Shown here: piece after piece, positions 29,938 through 39,885 of the stretch
How the letters are laid out: every line of letters starts with the position of its first letter
Numbering within the stretch: position 1 is the stretch's first letter
Assembly: GCA_963779755.1 (NCBI GenBank)
Contig: CAVZZO010000003.1
Coordinates: 1,756,782 to 1,820,781, forward strand
From: an uncultured Gemmatimonadales bacterium
GTDB taxonomy: Bacteria; Gemmatimonadota; Gemmatimonadetes; Gemmatimonadales; GWC2-71-9
Direction of reading: 5' to 3'
Length of the DNA stretch: 64,000 nt
The notes under the pieces: generated by a model
What the model saw: the letters and a program-made list of their open reading frames with translations, nothing else
Told to the model about the DNA's origin: nothing
Databases searched by the model: none
Translations under genes and position numbers: made by a program

Positions 29938-32920
29938 CTACCAGCTCTTGTCCGCGCACGCCACCTTCACGCCGGCCGGCTGCTGCCCCGCCAGCGTGGT
30001 GCAGGACCCCCACCCGATCACCTTCCAGTCGTCGTAGTTCCGGTAAGGCAGATCGGCGATGCCGTCGGCATGGGGGCGCACCGTCACCTGGTACAGCGAG
30101 TTGGGATGATCGCCCGCGTTGGGAATGGCATAGGATTGGGCGGCGCGCAACGCGACCTCGCCCGGTTGGAGCAGATCCACCCCGAAGGCAAAAGACCAGA
30201 TGTTGTCGAACCACGAATCGAGCCCGATGCGCAGGGTACCCGCGGCGTCCACATAGGACATCTCCATGCGTACCGGATCGGGATTGCTCGCGCCCTCCAC
30301 CGGATCCGCGTAGCGGATATAGAGGATGTAGAGCCGTCCGTAGGTCGAGGGCACTGCGGTGGAGAGGGGTGAGGCAAGCACAGCCGGGCTCACGGGGCGC
30401 GGCCGGTCCGCCGCCCGGTGCGCCGAGTCTGGGGGTGCGGCAGCCGGCCGTCCGGCGCCTGGGGCGACGGCGAGATCGCCAGTCGACGAAAGCGTGTTGC
30501 CCGGAGCCGCGCCCACCCAGGCCAGCGCCGGCCTGCCGGTGGCGCCCCACATGGGGCCGTAGGGAATGCCGAGGCGCGCCCACCCGTGCGCCGGCAGCTG
30601 GCCCGGCGCGTAGAGCTGGACGTACCGGTTGGTGTCGATCACCGCTGCCACCAGATGCTCCCGCCCGGCCGCCAGCCCGATGGGAAGCCAGGTGAACGCC
30701 AGGGCGGGCGAGGCGGTGGGCGACATTACCAGCGGCTGCCCGCCCACCGTCATGGTCTGCTCGGCCTGGAAGGTGGCGGGCGAGCGGTAGCGATAGCGCA
30801 CCACGTTGTCCTGACCCCGATAGGCCAGCACCACGGTCTTGCCGTCCGCCGAGACGGCAAGCGACGGCTCGCCCGCGGCCGGAGCGGCGGGAATGGAGTC
30901 CACCGCTCCCCAGACGAAGAGCCCGCCCTGTTCCTCCACCCAGGTTTCGAAGAGCGATCCGTTGGGCCGGATGCCCACGATGAGAATGAGCGGGCGGTTG
31001 TTCACCCGGATGGTGGCGGCATCCACCGCGGTCATCGCACCCAGGTCGCGCACGCCGGGCGTCACGAAGGAAAGGTTGGGGCAATCGTCCACTGCATTGC
31101 AGGTATAGGGGGTGGGCGTGTAGCTGAACGCCAGCTTGCCGGCCAGCGTCACCGAGAATACCCAGAGATGGTCCCGGAACCGCACCAGCGCCGGGCCGGC
31201 CTGGCTCAGCATCCCCACCTGCGTCTCGCCTTCGCGGGTGAATTCGCAGCCGCCGCCGTTCCCCGGCTGCAGGTTGGCGTAGGCCCGCACCGTAGCGCCG
31301 GCCGGCGCGAATTGGTTGTCGCGGTTCCAGTCCACGCTCCCGGTGGCCGAGTCCACCTTGTAGTAATATTGCTGCACCAGGGTACGGAGCAGCCCGCCGT
31401 AGGCGGCGTCGATCGCGCCGGTCTCCGTCAGGGCATGGTTGTTGAGGGTGGGGAACTTGCTGCCGTCCGAGAACTGCCACAGTCCCGAATTGAGGTAGGC
31501 GTAGTTCATCAGGCTGGGGTAGTTCGGCTTGCAGTTGGGCTCGTGCAGGCCGTTGGGCCCGTTGTGATCGAGGCCCAGCGTGTGGCCGAACTCGTGCGCC
31601 GAATTGCCGGCGTTCGCCATGTTGAACCCGCAGGCGATGCCGTAGCCGCAGGAGCCGCCGCCGGTGGTGTAACCCAGCACATAGTGGAACATGCCCCAGC
31701 GCCCGGGGCTCATCTCCCGGGGCCAGGCGCCGCCCGGCGTCTGCGGCTGGTAGTTCCCCTGGGCATCGGGCACCGCGTCAACCGCGGTATATCCGCCCCA
31801 GTCGCCGTAGATCGTGGCATCGGCCGGCGTGAGCGGCGGCACGCCGGTATCGAGGTGCAGGCTCACCCCGGGCCGGCGGTCGGGGTTGTTGACGCTGAGG
31901 GAGTGTACCACCTGGAGCAGCGGATCGGTGGTGGCGGTATCGGCGTAGATCCCGGCCATCTGCCGAGCCACCATGGGGCTCATGTGCTCCGCCACGCCGT
32001 TGATGCTGTCTGCCTGGGTCAGGCGGCGGAAATCCACCTCGGCGAAGATGTCCTTGTGCCGGGGATCGGCGCCCCAGGCGGGGAGCGCTACGTCTTCGTG
32101 AACCCGGGCCCCGGCGGGATTGGTGTATACGGTATCCCGGCCCAGGACCTCCCAGCCGTCCCACAGGCCGTCGCCGTCGGTGTCGCGCGGATCGGGGATA
32201 TCCCTGCACTCCACCCCGGCCACCGAGCCGCTGGTCGAGCCGCAGGTACCCAGGGCAAACTCGAGTGCGTCCCCCAGGCCGTCGCCGTCGCTGTCGTGGC
32301 CGGCGTCGTTGCGGTAGACCGTGATGGGCGCGTCGGCGGCCGGGAGGCGGGTTCCGTACACCAGTTGCACGTTCCGGCCCTGGGGGAGGGGCAGCCGAGT
32401 CGTGCGGCCGGCCGCGCGGGAGAGAATGTCCAGCCCATCCGCGCTGGTCAGGTATGCCAGGTGGCTGGGCGACCCGTTGGGCGGCTCGATGCCCCGCGCC
32501 TCCTCGCCCGACGCGATGCCGGTCAGGGCGATCACCGCGCCGGAGGAGAAGGGCAGCGCGGCCTGGATCCGCCGGCCGTCCAACCAGACGTCGCCGGTCT
32601 GCACCGCGTCCGGCGTGCGCGAGCGCACCACGATGGTCACCGTCCCGGTGGTGCTTCCGGGGAAGGAAACGCTCAGTTGCCCGTTGCTCGCGACGCCGCG
32701 CGCCAGTTGCGCGCCGGAACCGGCCAGAGGAGTTGAGCACCGGATCGGCCGCCGCGGTGAAGTTGCGCAACTCCACCAGGTGCTGCCCGGACTTCGCATG
32801 GAGGGTTGGCCATACTTCGCCCACGGGCGGAAGGGGCGAGACATTGAAGATCCTCGTCTGGGCCGCCAGCGGCGACACGGCGGCGGCCAGCAGGAGAAGA
32901 AGCGGAAACGTGCGCGGCAT
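29938..32920 (-). CDS. Secreted metzincin-like protease with DxDxDG Ca-binding repeats, frameshift near 32730
   Basis: Signal peptide MPRTFPLLLLLAAA; DSDGDG and DTDGDG; HEFGHTLGLDH; SLMNY Met-turn. Confidence 0.8.
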
Positions 32921-33123
32921 GACTTCTCCCGGGCAGGCGGTGTTGTTCGCGGCAGGAAAGCCGATCCAACTGGGAAGAGTGGCTCTAATCTTCAATCGGA
33001 AACGGGGGGCGCAAGGGGCCAGGGAATGTGACCGTCGCATTTCCCGGCCGGAGGCCTGCGAGCCGGTTGCTCCCCGGTTGAAATAGATGTCGTGCGCCGC
33101 TGCCTGTTCGGGGAGGCGCATCT

Positions 33124-35169
33124 CTACCGTGCCGTTTCCTTTCCGGCCTGCCGCGCCGCCCGCCATTCGTCCCGGGCGAGACGTTTCACGTCAATCCCGT
33201 GCTTCAGTTTCAGCGTGGCCTCGGTCATGAACAGGGCGGCGTCCACTCCCGTCTCCACCGCCAGGTAGTCGTCGATCCATTGCTGGCGTTCGGGGTACTC
33301 GGCGGTCAGGATCACGTTGAGCAACGCGACCTGCAGGAACCCGATCTGGGTGGAGGTCGGCGGGTACTCGGTGACCGCCCGATCCAGGTAGAGCCCCCGG
33401 CGCCTGGCCATCCGCAGTTCCGACCGGCGGATCATGAGGTCGTCCCGGCTGTCGTCGTCCGCCTCGCAGGGGAGCGGATCCGGATTCGGAGCCGGATCGG
33501 GCAGCGAGAGCGGCGCGTCGCTGCGGGGGGCTGTGAGCGGCAGCAGCTTCAGGAAATCCGCGGCGGCCTGATCCCGGTCGGTGAGATGCCCGATCCCACA
33601 CAGGGTCTCCACCGTTTTCAGCATGGAGGTGTGATCGTAGGTGGTGTGGTCGATCACGCCCCGGCGGGTATAGGGCGAGATCACCAGGGCGGGCACGCGG
33701 ACGCCGAGCTGGTCGAACTGGAAGCCGAACTGCGAGTAGGCCGCCGTCTCCAGGTCGCCCGGGGGCACCGCCGGCCCCGGCGGGGCATGATCGAAAAACC
33801 CTCCGTGCTCATCGAAGGTGACCAGCAGGAGGCTGTGCTCCCAGTGCGGCGAATTGCGGATCGCCTCGTAGACGTCCTTGATGAGGCGCTCGCCCCGGGT
33901 CACATCGTCCAGCGGGTGCATCGAGTTGCCGCAGGCAAAGTCGCCCGGGCCGGTGACGTCGAACTTGTGGGCCCCGTACTTCGGCTCGATAAAGACGAAC
34001 TTGTAGCCGAAGGCCTCCGACTGGACCTCGGACGCGAAATCCTCGAAGTCCTTGAAGCGCCCCTGGAGCCGGTTCAGGTTCATGCCCTTCATGGCGAAAC
34101 TGACCGGGAAATCGTCCCCCTCATAGATCCGCCAGGGAATGCAGTTGGCGTCCAGCAGGTCGAAGATGTTGCCGTTTTCGAACCGGTACCCTTCCACCGT
34201 GGTGGAGGTCACCACGTCCCACTTGTCCGGACTCCCGTCCAGGCCGCCCGAGGTGCCTGCCAGCAGAAAGAAGCGGTTGGGCCAGGTGGGCCCGGGCAGC
34301 GAGGAGAACCACTGGTCGCACACCGCGAACTCCCGGGCCAGGCGGTTGAGCACCGGCAGCTGCTCGGGGGAGAAGCAGCGCATGATCCGTTCGGGGGTGG
34401 GCGATCCGTTGTCCCGGTAGTTGGCGATGAACCCGGAGTTGTTCACCGGAGGATACCCGCCAGGCACCGGGTTGTAGACGGCCCCCTCCCCGCACAGCGC
34501 CACCACCGTCTCCTTGAACTCGTGGCCCGGATCCTTGTCCACCCCTTTCAGCTGAAAATCGGCCGGGCTGCTGACCAGCACCGGCAGCCCCGTGATGGGG
34601 TTGATGTTGCTGGTGGCGAGCGGGTCGAACCCGGGGTTGAATACGGTGGGATTGCCGTCGGGATCCACTCCGGCGATGCCGCTGAAGCCCAGCATGTGAT
34701 CGAAGCTCCGGTTCTCCAGCATCAGGACAAAGACGTGCTCGATGCGCGGCGGCCTCCCTTTCCCCCGTCCGAAGAGCGACCCGATCGCGCGGATCAGTCC
34801 GAGCAGGGCGCACCGCAGCGTGTCCCACGCCACGCAGACCAGCTGCAGCGCCCACGAGAAGACGACGCAGAACGCCTTCACCACCCAGGCGAAGGCCTTG
34901 CAGACCCACTTCGCCACCCAGTACCAGGCCTTGCACACCCACTTGGCCACCCAGTAGTACGCCCGGCAGAAGAACCCGGCGATACAGTTCCACGGCGTGT
35001 ACCAGTGGCACTTCTCCCAGGACGTACAGTGACTCGACCCCTCGTCGGCCCATTCCGAGCACTGATTCGACCCTTCGTCGGCCCAGCTGGTGCACTCGTA
35101 ATCGACCTGCGAACTCCAGTTCTTGCAGGTAATGACGAAGGTGTCGACCCATTTGGTGCAGGTGGCCAT
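33124..35169 (-). CDS. Phosphoesterase (phospholipase C/acid phosphatase family) with Cys/Trp-rich N-terminal domain
   Basis: MLENRSFDH, GPTWPNR, FDEHGGFFDH, GVRVP, YDHTS. Confidence 0.9.
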   Translation of the reverse strand: MATCTKWVDTFVITCKNWSSQVDYECTSWADEGSNQCSEWADEGSSHCTSWEKCHWYTPWNCIAGFFCRAYYWVAKWVCKAWYWVAKWVCKAFAWVVKAFCVVFSWALQLVCVAWDTLRCALLGLIRAIGSLFGRGKGRPPRIEHVFVLMLENRSFDHMLGFSGIAGVDPDGNPTVFNPGFDPLATSNINPITGLPVLVSSPADFQLKGVDKDPGHEFKETVVALCGEGAVYNPVPGGYPPVNNSGFIANYRDNGSPTPERIMRCFSPEQLPVLNRLAREFAVCDQWFSSLPGPTWPNRFFLLAGTSGGLDGSPDKWDVVTSTTVEGYRFENGNIFDLLDANCIPWRIYEGDDFPVSFAMKGMNLNRLQGRFKDFEDFASEVQSEAFGYKFVFIEPKYGAHKFDVTGPGDFACGNSMHPLDDVTRGERLIKDVYEAIRNSPHWEHSLLLVTFDEHGGFFDHAPPGPAVPPGDLETAAYSQFGFQFDQLGVRVPALVISPYTRRGVIDHTTYDHTSMLKTVETLCGIGHLTDRDQAAADFLKLLPLTAPRSDAPLSLPDPAPNPDPLPCEADDDSRDDLMIRRSELRMARRRGLYLDRAVTEYPPTSTQIGFLQVALLNVILTAEYPERQQWIDDYLAVETGVDAALFMTEATLKLKHGIDVKRLARDEWRAARQAGKETAR

Positions 35170-35172
35170 GGG

Positions 35173-35517
35173 CTACTCTCCTTCCGGAGCGAATCGGAGA
35201 CGCAGGCGGCGATAGAGCAGGGCCAGGCGAAGGCGGGCAAGCGCGATCCCGGTCAGCTTGCCGGCGATGCCGGCGCCGAAGATCAGGGCCAGGCCGCGCA
35301 GCAGGACGCCGGCGAGATGGGCGGTAGGGAACCCGCGCAGCATCAGCGTGAATACGCAGAAGCCCAGAGCCGCTGCCAGGAAGACGCCGCCCATCCGGCA
35401 GCCGCATTCGGTGCGATAGGCTTCCGCGCGCCGGACGTAGGGCAACAGGCGGTGCCGCTCGTCCGGAAGGGAACGGAGCAGACGGTCGAGGACGGGCTCG
35501 CCGCGCCGGGCCGTCAC
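35173..35517 (-). CDS. Small two-TM protein with CGC motif
   Basis: ECGCRMGG followed by two hydrophobic helices; coupled to neighbours. Confidence 0.65.
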   Translation of the reverse strand: MTARRGEPVLDRLLRSLPDERHRLLPYVRRAEAYRTECGCRMGGVFLAAALGFCVFTLMLRGFPTAHLAGVLLRGLALIFGAGIAGKLTGIALARLRLALLYRRLRLRFAPEGE

Positions 35518-36205
35518 GGATAGACCGGGAGGCCGGGTGAGACGATACCGAGGTGCGCCACCCGCGCCAGCAGTTCCGCCGCCTGGCTGGCCACCGGTGT
35601 ATCGACGAGGCCCTCCGTGCTCCCGAACTCCAGCAGCTCCCGCAACCCGGCAAAATTCCGTGCGGCCGCATGCCGGCGCAGGCCCATCGCGAACAGCAGG
35701 CCGGCGAGACTGTCGCGCTCCCTGTCGGTGACCGACTCCATCTCGGTGCGCCAGTGCGCCGATTTCCCGTCCCCATCCAGCCGCCAGGGGCGCATATTGA
35801 AATCGCTGACGAAGATCATCGCGTGGGTGAAGGCGTAGAAATCATCGCTTCCGCCGTTCAGCCGATCCATGGGCCGGCACAGCACCGACTCGCGTGCCTC
35901 GCGTGGCGCGGAGGGACGGCGTCGTGGTGCGATGGGCGTCGGGTGGGACTGCAGACCGCGCCAGCGGCGAGATGCTGGATGGCACGTCCCGCCAGGTCGA
36001 GCGCGTCACCCAGCCGCCGCGCCAGATCCGCCTTCGCCCAGCGTCGTGGCTGGGCGGCCATAACCGCTCAGGCGCCGCCTGCGGCCCCTCGGAGTTCTCC
36101 AGACAACTGGCTCAGTCGGGAGAGGTTCGCCACCGATGAGCCGAACGGTCCTATTTCGATGGTGGGATGAGGGACGATCTCTTGATGCGTGACGCGGGTG
36201 GCCAT
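35514..36205 (-). pseudogene. Fragmented hypothetical gene, tentatively DUF6895-like
   Basis: GGAGGAG RBS and ATG 36205; protein-like segments WAKADLARRLGDALDLA and DFYAFTHAMIFVSDF in different frames. Confidence 0.45.
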
Positions 36206-36553
36206 AACTCCTCCTGGGTCGGGGGACTGCCGCTGTGATTAGGTCAGTTCATCGCCATGGTGACGAGACATTGCTGCCTGCTCCTCCCGAAAGACGGAAG
36301 GTGCTCAGATTGCCACGGTACGAACCGACACCACAGTGGTCAAGACCGTCCGAATCCCGGACACCCGTGGCTGCCGGCCACACGTGCCCAGCCCGGAGAC
36401 GCCATTTGCACCGGCAGGCGGCAGGCACGACAGCAATCGGGCCCGCGGTGTCGCATCCACGACCGGGGATTCGGCCAGGCGTCACGCTTGACCGCCCCGG
36501 CGGCCGCCGGGATCTCGCGCACGTGCCGCTACCTCCCGGGCCTATCGGAGTGA

Positions 36554-37159
36554 TTAGTGCCTCGCTGCAATCCTCGCCGTCCTGCTACCCACTGTTGGTC
36601 TGCCCGCATCCTTCTCCAATGGTCGGTGTGTTGCCCTCCCGCCCGTTGTCCCCGCCGCGCCCGCGGTCAGGACATCGAGGTTCCGTGCAGGGAGGAAGAG
36701 AGCATCCAGCCGCCGGTAGCTTGCCTCCATGCCATGTTCCATGCCGATCGCCAGTATGGCGGCCCGGGCGCCGGCATCCGGCAGGGTCATCCGCAGGGTC
36801 ATCAGGGTCCCGGAAGCATCGGGCTCGAATCGCGTTTCGATGTGATTATCCGGCGTAGGATCGGGCAGGAACATCCGCTCCACGTGCACGATCTTCCGGT
36901 GGGGCTCCAGCTCGAGATACTCCCCCGTGAGGTAGAACTCCTGGCCCTCATCGTTCCTCCATTCGTAGCGGATCGTGCCGCCGGGCCGGGCCTCACTGAT
37001 ACAGATCGGCATGGTCCAGCCATCCGGGCCAAGACACCACTGCCGGACGAACTCGGGATCGGTGTGGGCCTGGTACACCGCCTGGGGCGAGGCGGCAAAG
37101 CGCCTGGTCATCACCATGTGGGTTTCGCCTTCGGTCTTCAGCGTCAGACCGCCCATCAT
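36554..37159 (-). CDS. SRPBCC/AHSA1-like protein, paralogue of 38940-39407
   Basis: Near-identical protein (ERMFLPDPTPDNHIETRF, GMEHGMEASY); C-terminal extension doubtful. Confidence 0.85.
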   Translation of the reverse strand: MMGGLTLKTEGETHMVMTRRFAASPQAVYQAHTDPEFVRQWCLGPDGWTMPICISEARPGGTIRYEWRNDEGQEFYLTGEYLELEPHRKIVHVERMFLPDPTPDNHIETRFEPDASGTLMTLRMTLPDAGARAAILAIGMEHGMEASYRRLDALFLPARNLDVLTAGAAGTTGGRATHRPLEKDAGRPTVGSRTARIAARH

Positions 37160-37270
37160 CGGCCTCGCTTTCCTGTGGCTGGCTGTTCCGGGGCCGCGAG
37201 AACCCGGTCCAGCCGGTTGTAGTCCTGCTCCAGGGCGTTGCGCAGCAGGGCCGGCCACTGGCTCATGGTC
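37156..37270 (-). pseudogene. 3' remnant of the duplicated ArsR gene
   Basis: Aligns by eye with 39404-39520. Confidence 0.75.
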
Positions 37271-37348
37271 CAGGGGTCCACTTCCTCCCGATCCGGGCAC
37301 GTCTGGTCTCCCGGTGCGGGGGATTGTCGACCCTGCTCTCTCCTTTAT

Positions 37349-37375
37349 GTCGAATCAGGCAACGGGGGATCGACA
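37349..37375 (-). promoter_or_regulatory. ECF42-type promoter TGTCGA-N17-CGAC
   Basis: Exact motif upstream of the SRPBCC duplicate. Confidence 0.7.
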
Positions 37376-37546
37376 TCCAGCCTCGCCCTTCATCGCCCCC
37401 CCCTGCTCTCAGCAGATCGCCGCCGTATTGCCGGGTTCACCTCGAGACCGGGGGCCGGCCGGCACGGAGATGGCAGGTGCGGGACACGGAGCGGCAGACG
37501 GCGACGGCGCCCTCCGGAGAGAGCGCCGCGCCGGGACTGCGAAAGC

Positions 37547-38146
37547 TCAGAATGGGGCGCGGTAGGAAACCCCTCCGCTCCAGCTCATCTCGACCTGCGT
37601 CTTGTCGTAGCCCGCGAGGAAGCCCTTCAGGTCTTTCGCCTGATAGACCCAGCCCTGCCCTTCCAGGAAGAACCCGAGCCCGGTCCGGGGGAGTGCGTAG
37701 TTCACTCCCAGGCCGAAGGTGCCGGTTCCCTTGGTCGTGTTCAGCCCGCTGGTGCCGACAGGGTGCAGGGTTACCGCCCCGCCGCCGGCGAACACATAGG
37801 GCATGAGCCCGATGCGCGTGGGGTACTGCACCTGAATGACCGCATCATAGAAGAATCGGTTCAACCGGTCTCCCGTCGCCCCGCCGTTGGCCTGCAGCTC
37901 GTTCCGCCCGAAGCTGAAGTTGCCGCGCAGGGCCACGTAGCGGTGCAGCTGAACCGCCACGGCGCCGCCCAGGTTGTAACCCACCTTCTTGAGGTCGGCA
38001 GTGCCGGCATCGTTGAGGCTGGTCACCCCGTTGAAACCGCCGGATTTAGCCATGAACCACACGGCCCGGTCCTGGGCCGCCCCGGTTCCCGCCAGCACCG
38101 CCGAAAGGGCGATGGCGGCGAAGATGCTGCGTGTAAACAACGACAT
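37547..38146 (-). CDS. Outer-membrane beta-barrel (OmpA-like TM domain) protein
   Basis: Signal peptide, PYVFAGGG, alternating beta strands, C-terminal Phe. Confidence 0.8.
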   Translation of the reverse strand: MSLFTRSIFAAIALSAVLAGTGAAQDRAVWFMAKSGGFNGVTSLNDAGTADLKKVGYNLGGAVAVQLHRYVALRGNFSFGRNELQANGGATGDRLNRFFYDAVIQVQYPTRIGLMPYVFAGGGAVTLHPVGTSGLNTTKGTGTFGLGVNYALPRTGLGFFLEGQGWVYQAKDLKGFLAGYDKTQVEMSWSGGVSYRAPF

Positions 38147-38313
38147 ATCCTTGTCCTTTCCGCGATGGCCCAGGACATGCTTCCGCCCGGCCATGGATCG
38201 CATCGTGATACCTTGCGGCCGCCGTATCGCATACGGCCGTGCCGCGCTCGCAGTTCAAAGACACGCCATCGGGGAGGTTTGTGACAGGGAATCCGGGATC
38301 CGCCCCGGATGCA

Positions 38314-38353
38314 CGAAAGGCTCTCCCCCGTGCTTCCGGGGAGAGCCCTTTCG
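38314..38353. terminator. Strong hairpin
   Basis: CGAAAGGCTCTCCCC..GGGGAGAGCCCTTTCG. Confidence 0.6.
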
Positions 38354-38511
38354 TAGATCCGGGTCGAGTCGATGTCGCAGGCGGCTTGGAGCGCGGCGAT
38401 CAGGTCGGCGATGAAGCGGATGCCCCGCTCCAGCGCCGCGCCGGCATGAACGTGTTCCAGATTCTGGCCACCCCCAGGAACTGCGGCGTGCCAGCCGGGT
38501 ACACCACGATG
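38353..38511 (-). pseudogene. Internal fragment of PHB-depolymerase-like esterase
   Basis: Aligns by eye with about 53994-54153. Confidence 0.8.
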
Positions 38512-38514
38512 GTC

Positions 38515-38904
38515 CTACTTCAGACGTTCCAGCCGCCCCTTTCGCCGGATCAGGTTCCGGTAGTCCCATTGAACGTCTCGGGCCTCGGCCAGCCAGCGGC
38601 CCAGCTGCCCGGTGTCCACTTCTTCGACCCTGGTGTATCGCGCCTCGGCGGCCTTGAAGCTCCCTTCCGTTGCCAGCCCTTTCTCCTTGAAGGACTGACC
38701 GCTCCAGAAGAGCAGGCGTATGCAGTTCTTGAGTTTGGCGTATCCGACGATGGGGTTCCCGTCCAGGAACCAGACCGGATGCGCGTGCCAGATCCGGTTC
38801 TCCGCCTCGGGCAGTCCGCGATCGATCTGCTCCGCCAGCAGTTCACAGACGGCCCGGGCGGTGGGCTCCTGGGCCAGGTTGTATTTCCTGGTGTCCGGAT
38901 TCAT
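38515..38904 (-). CDS. DUF1801 (YdhG-like) protein
   Basis: IWHAHPVWFLDGNPIVGY, RLLFWSGQSF. Confidence 0.85.
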   Translation of the reverse strand: MNPDTRKYNLAQEPTARAVCELLAEQIDRGLPEAENRIWHAHPVWFLDGNPIVGYAKLKNCIRLLFWSGQSFKEKGLATEGSFKAAEARYTRVEEVDTGQLGRWLAEARDVQWDYRNLIRRKGRLERLK

Positions 38905-38939
38905 CGCGATGTCCTCGTGCTCGGATAGTCCGGTGCTCG

Positions 38940-39407
38940 TCAGAGCATCTTCTCCAGCCGCTGGTAACTCGCTTCCATGCCGTGCTCCATGCCGGTCTCC
39001 AGCATTGCCTTGCGTGTCCCGGCATCGGGCAGTGTCATCCGCATGGTCATGAGCGTGCCGCTGCCGTCGGGCTCGAAGCGCGTCTCGATATGGTTATCCG
39101 GCGTCGGATCGGGCAGGAACATCCGTTCGATATGGACCAGTCTGCGGTTGGCCTCCACCTCGAGATATTCCCCGGTGAGATAAAAGCCGTTGCCCTGGCC
39201 GTCCGACCACTCGTAGCGGATCTTGCCGCCGGGGCGCACCTCGTTGGTGCAGACCGGCATGGTCCAGCCTTCGGGGCCGAGCAGCCACTGCTGGAGCAGT
39301 TCGGGATCGGTGTGAGCCCGATACACCGCCTCGGGCGGCGCGGCGAAACGCCTGGTCACGATCACGTGGGTGTCGCCTTCGGTCTTTAGCGTCAGACTGG
39401 CCATCAT
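38940..39407 (-). CDS. SRPBCC/AHSA1-like protein
   Basis: TRRFAAPPEAVYRAHTDP; coupled to ArsR. Confidence 0.9.
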   Translation of the reverse strand: MMASLTLKTEGDTHVIVTRRFAAPPEAVYRAHTDPELLQQWLLGPEGWTMPVCTNEVRPGGKIRYEWSDGQGNGFYLTGEYLEVEANRRLVHIERMFLPDPTPDNHIETRFEPDGSGTLMTMRMTLPDAGTRKAMLETGMEHGMEASYQRLEKML

Positions 39408-39754
39408 CGGCCTCTCTTTCCCGTTGCAGGCTGTTCCAGGTTCGCGAGGATCCGGTCCAGCCGGTTGTAGTTCTGCTCCAGGGCCTTTCTCAGCATTGCC
39501 AGCCACTGGTCCATGGCTTCAACCCCGGCCTTGGCCAGACGGCGCGGCCGCCTGTTGCCTTCCACCCGGCTCACGATCAGCCCCGCGTCTTCCAGCACCT
39601 TCAGATGCTGGGAGATGGCGGGCTGGCTCATCTCGAACGGCTGCGCCAGATCCTTCACGGTGGCTTCCCCGCGCGCCAGACGGGCCAGGATGGCCCGGCG
39701 GGTGGGGTCGGCCAGGGCCGCAAAGGCGGCGTCGAGGTTGGGCGCGGCTTTCAT
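39404..39754 (-). CDS. ArsR/SmtB family regulator
   Basis: ALADPTRRAIL, SQPAISQHLKVLEDAGL. Confidence 0.93.
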   Translation of the reverse strand: MKAAPNLDAAFAALADPTRRAILARLARGEATVKDLAQPFEMSQPAISQHLKVLEDAGLIVSRVEGNRRPRRLAKAGVEAMDQWLAMLRKALEQNYNRLDRILANLEQPATGKRGR

Positions 39755-39761
39755 GGTTTAT

Positions 39762-39790
39762 AGCTTATATAAGACGTCTCTTATTGTCAA
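39762..39790 (-). promoter_or_regulatory. Sigma70 promoter with palindromic operator
   Basis: TTGACA-N17-TAAGCT containing ATAAGA-N4-TCTTAT. Confidence 0.7.
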
Positions 39791-39885
39791 GAGCGTCTAA
39801 AGAGTAGCGACGGATCCCCTTCCGCCATCGCCGCCTGGCGCACCTGCGGCCGCCTGCGGGCCAGACGCGGAGCCCGGCCCGTCCC

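Noticed and set aside
33199..35523. Long antisense ORFs (also 1876-3741, 30418-32736, 47287-49770 and others)
   Set aside because: Typical high-GC shadow frames of genes with clear motifs on the other strand or frame
38228..38244. Sigma54-like CGGCAC..TGC upstream of the beta-barrel gene
   Set aside because: GG-to-GC spacing is 11 rather than the required 10
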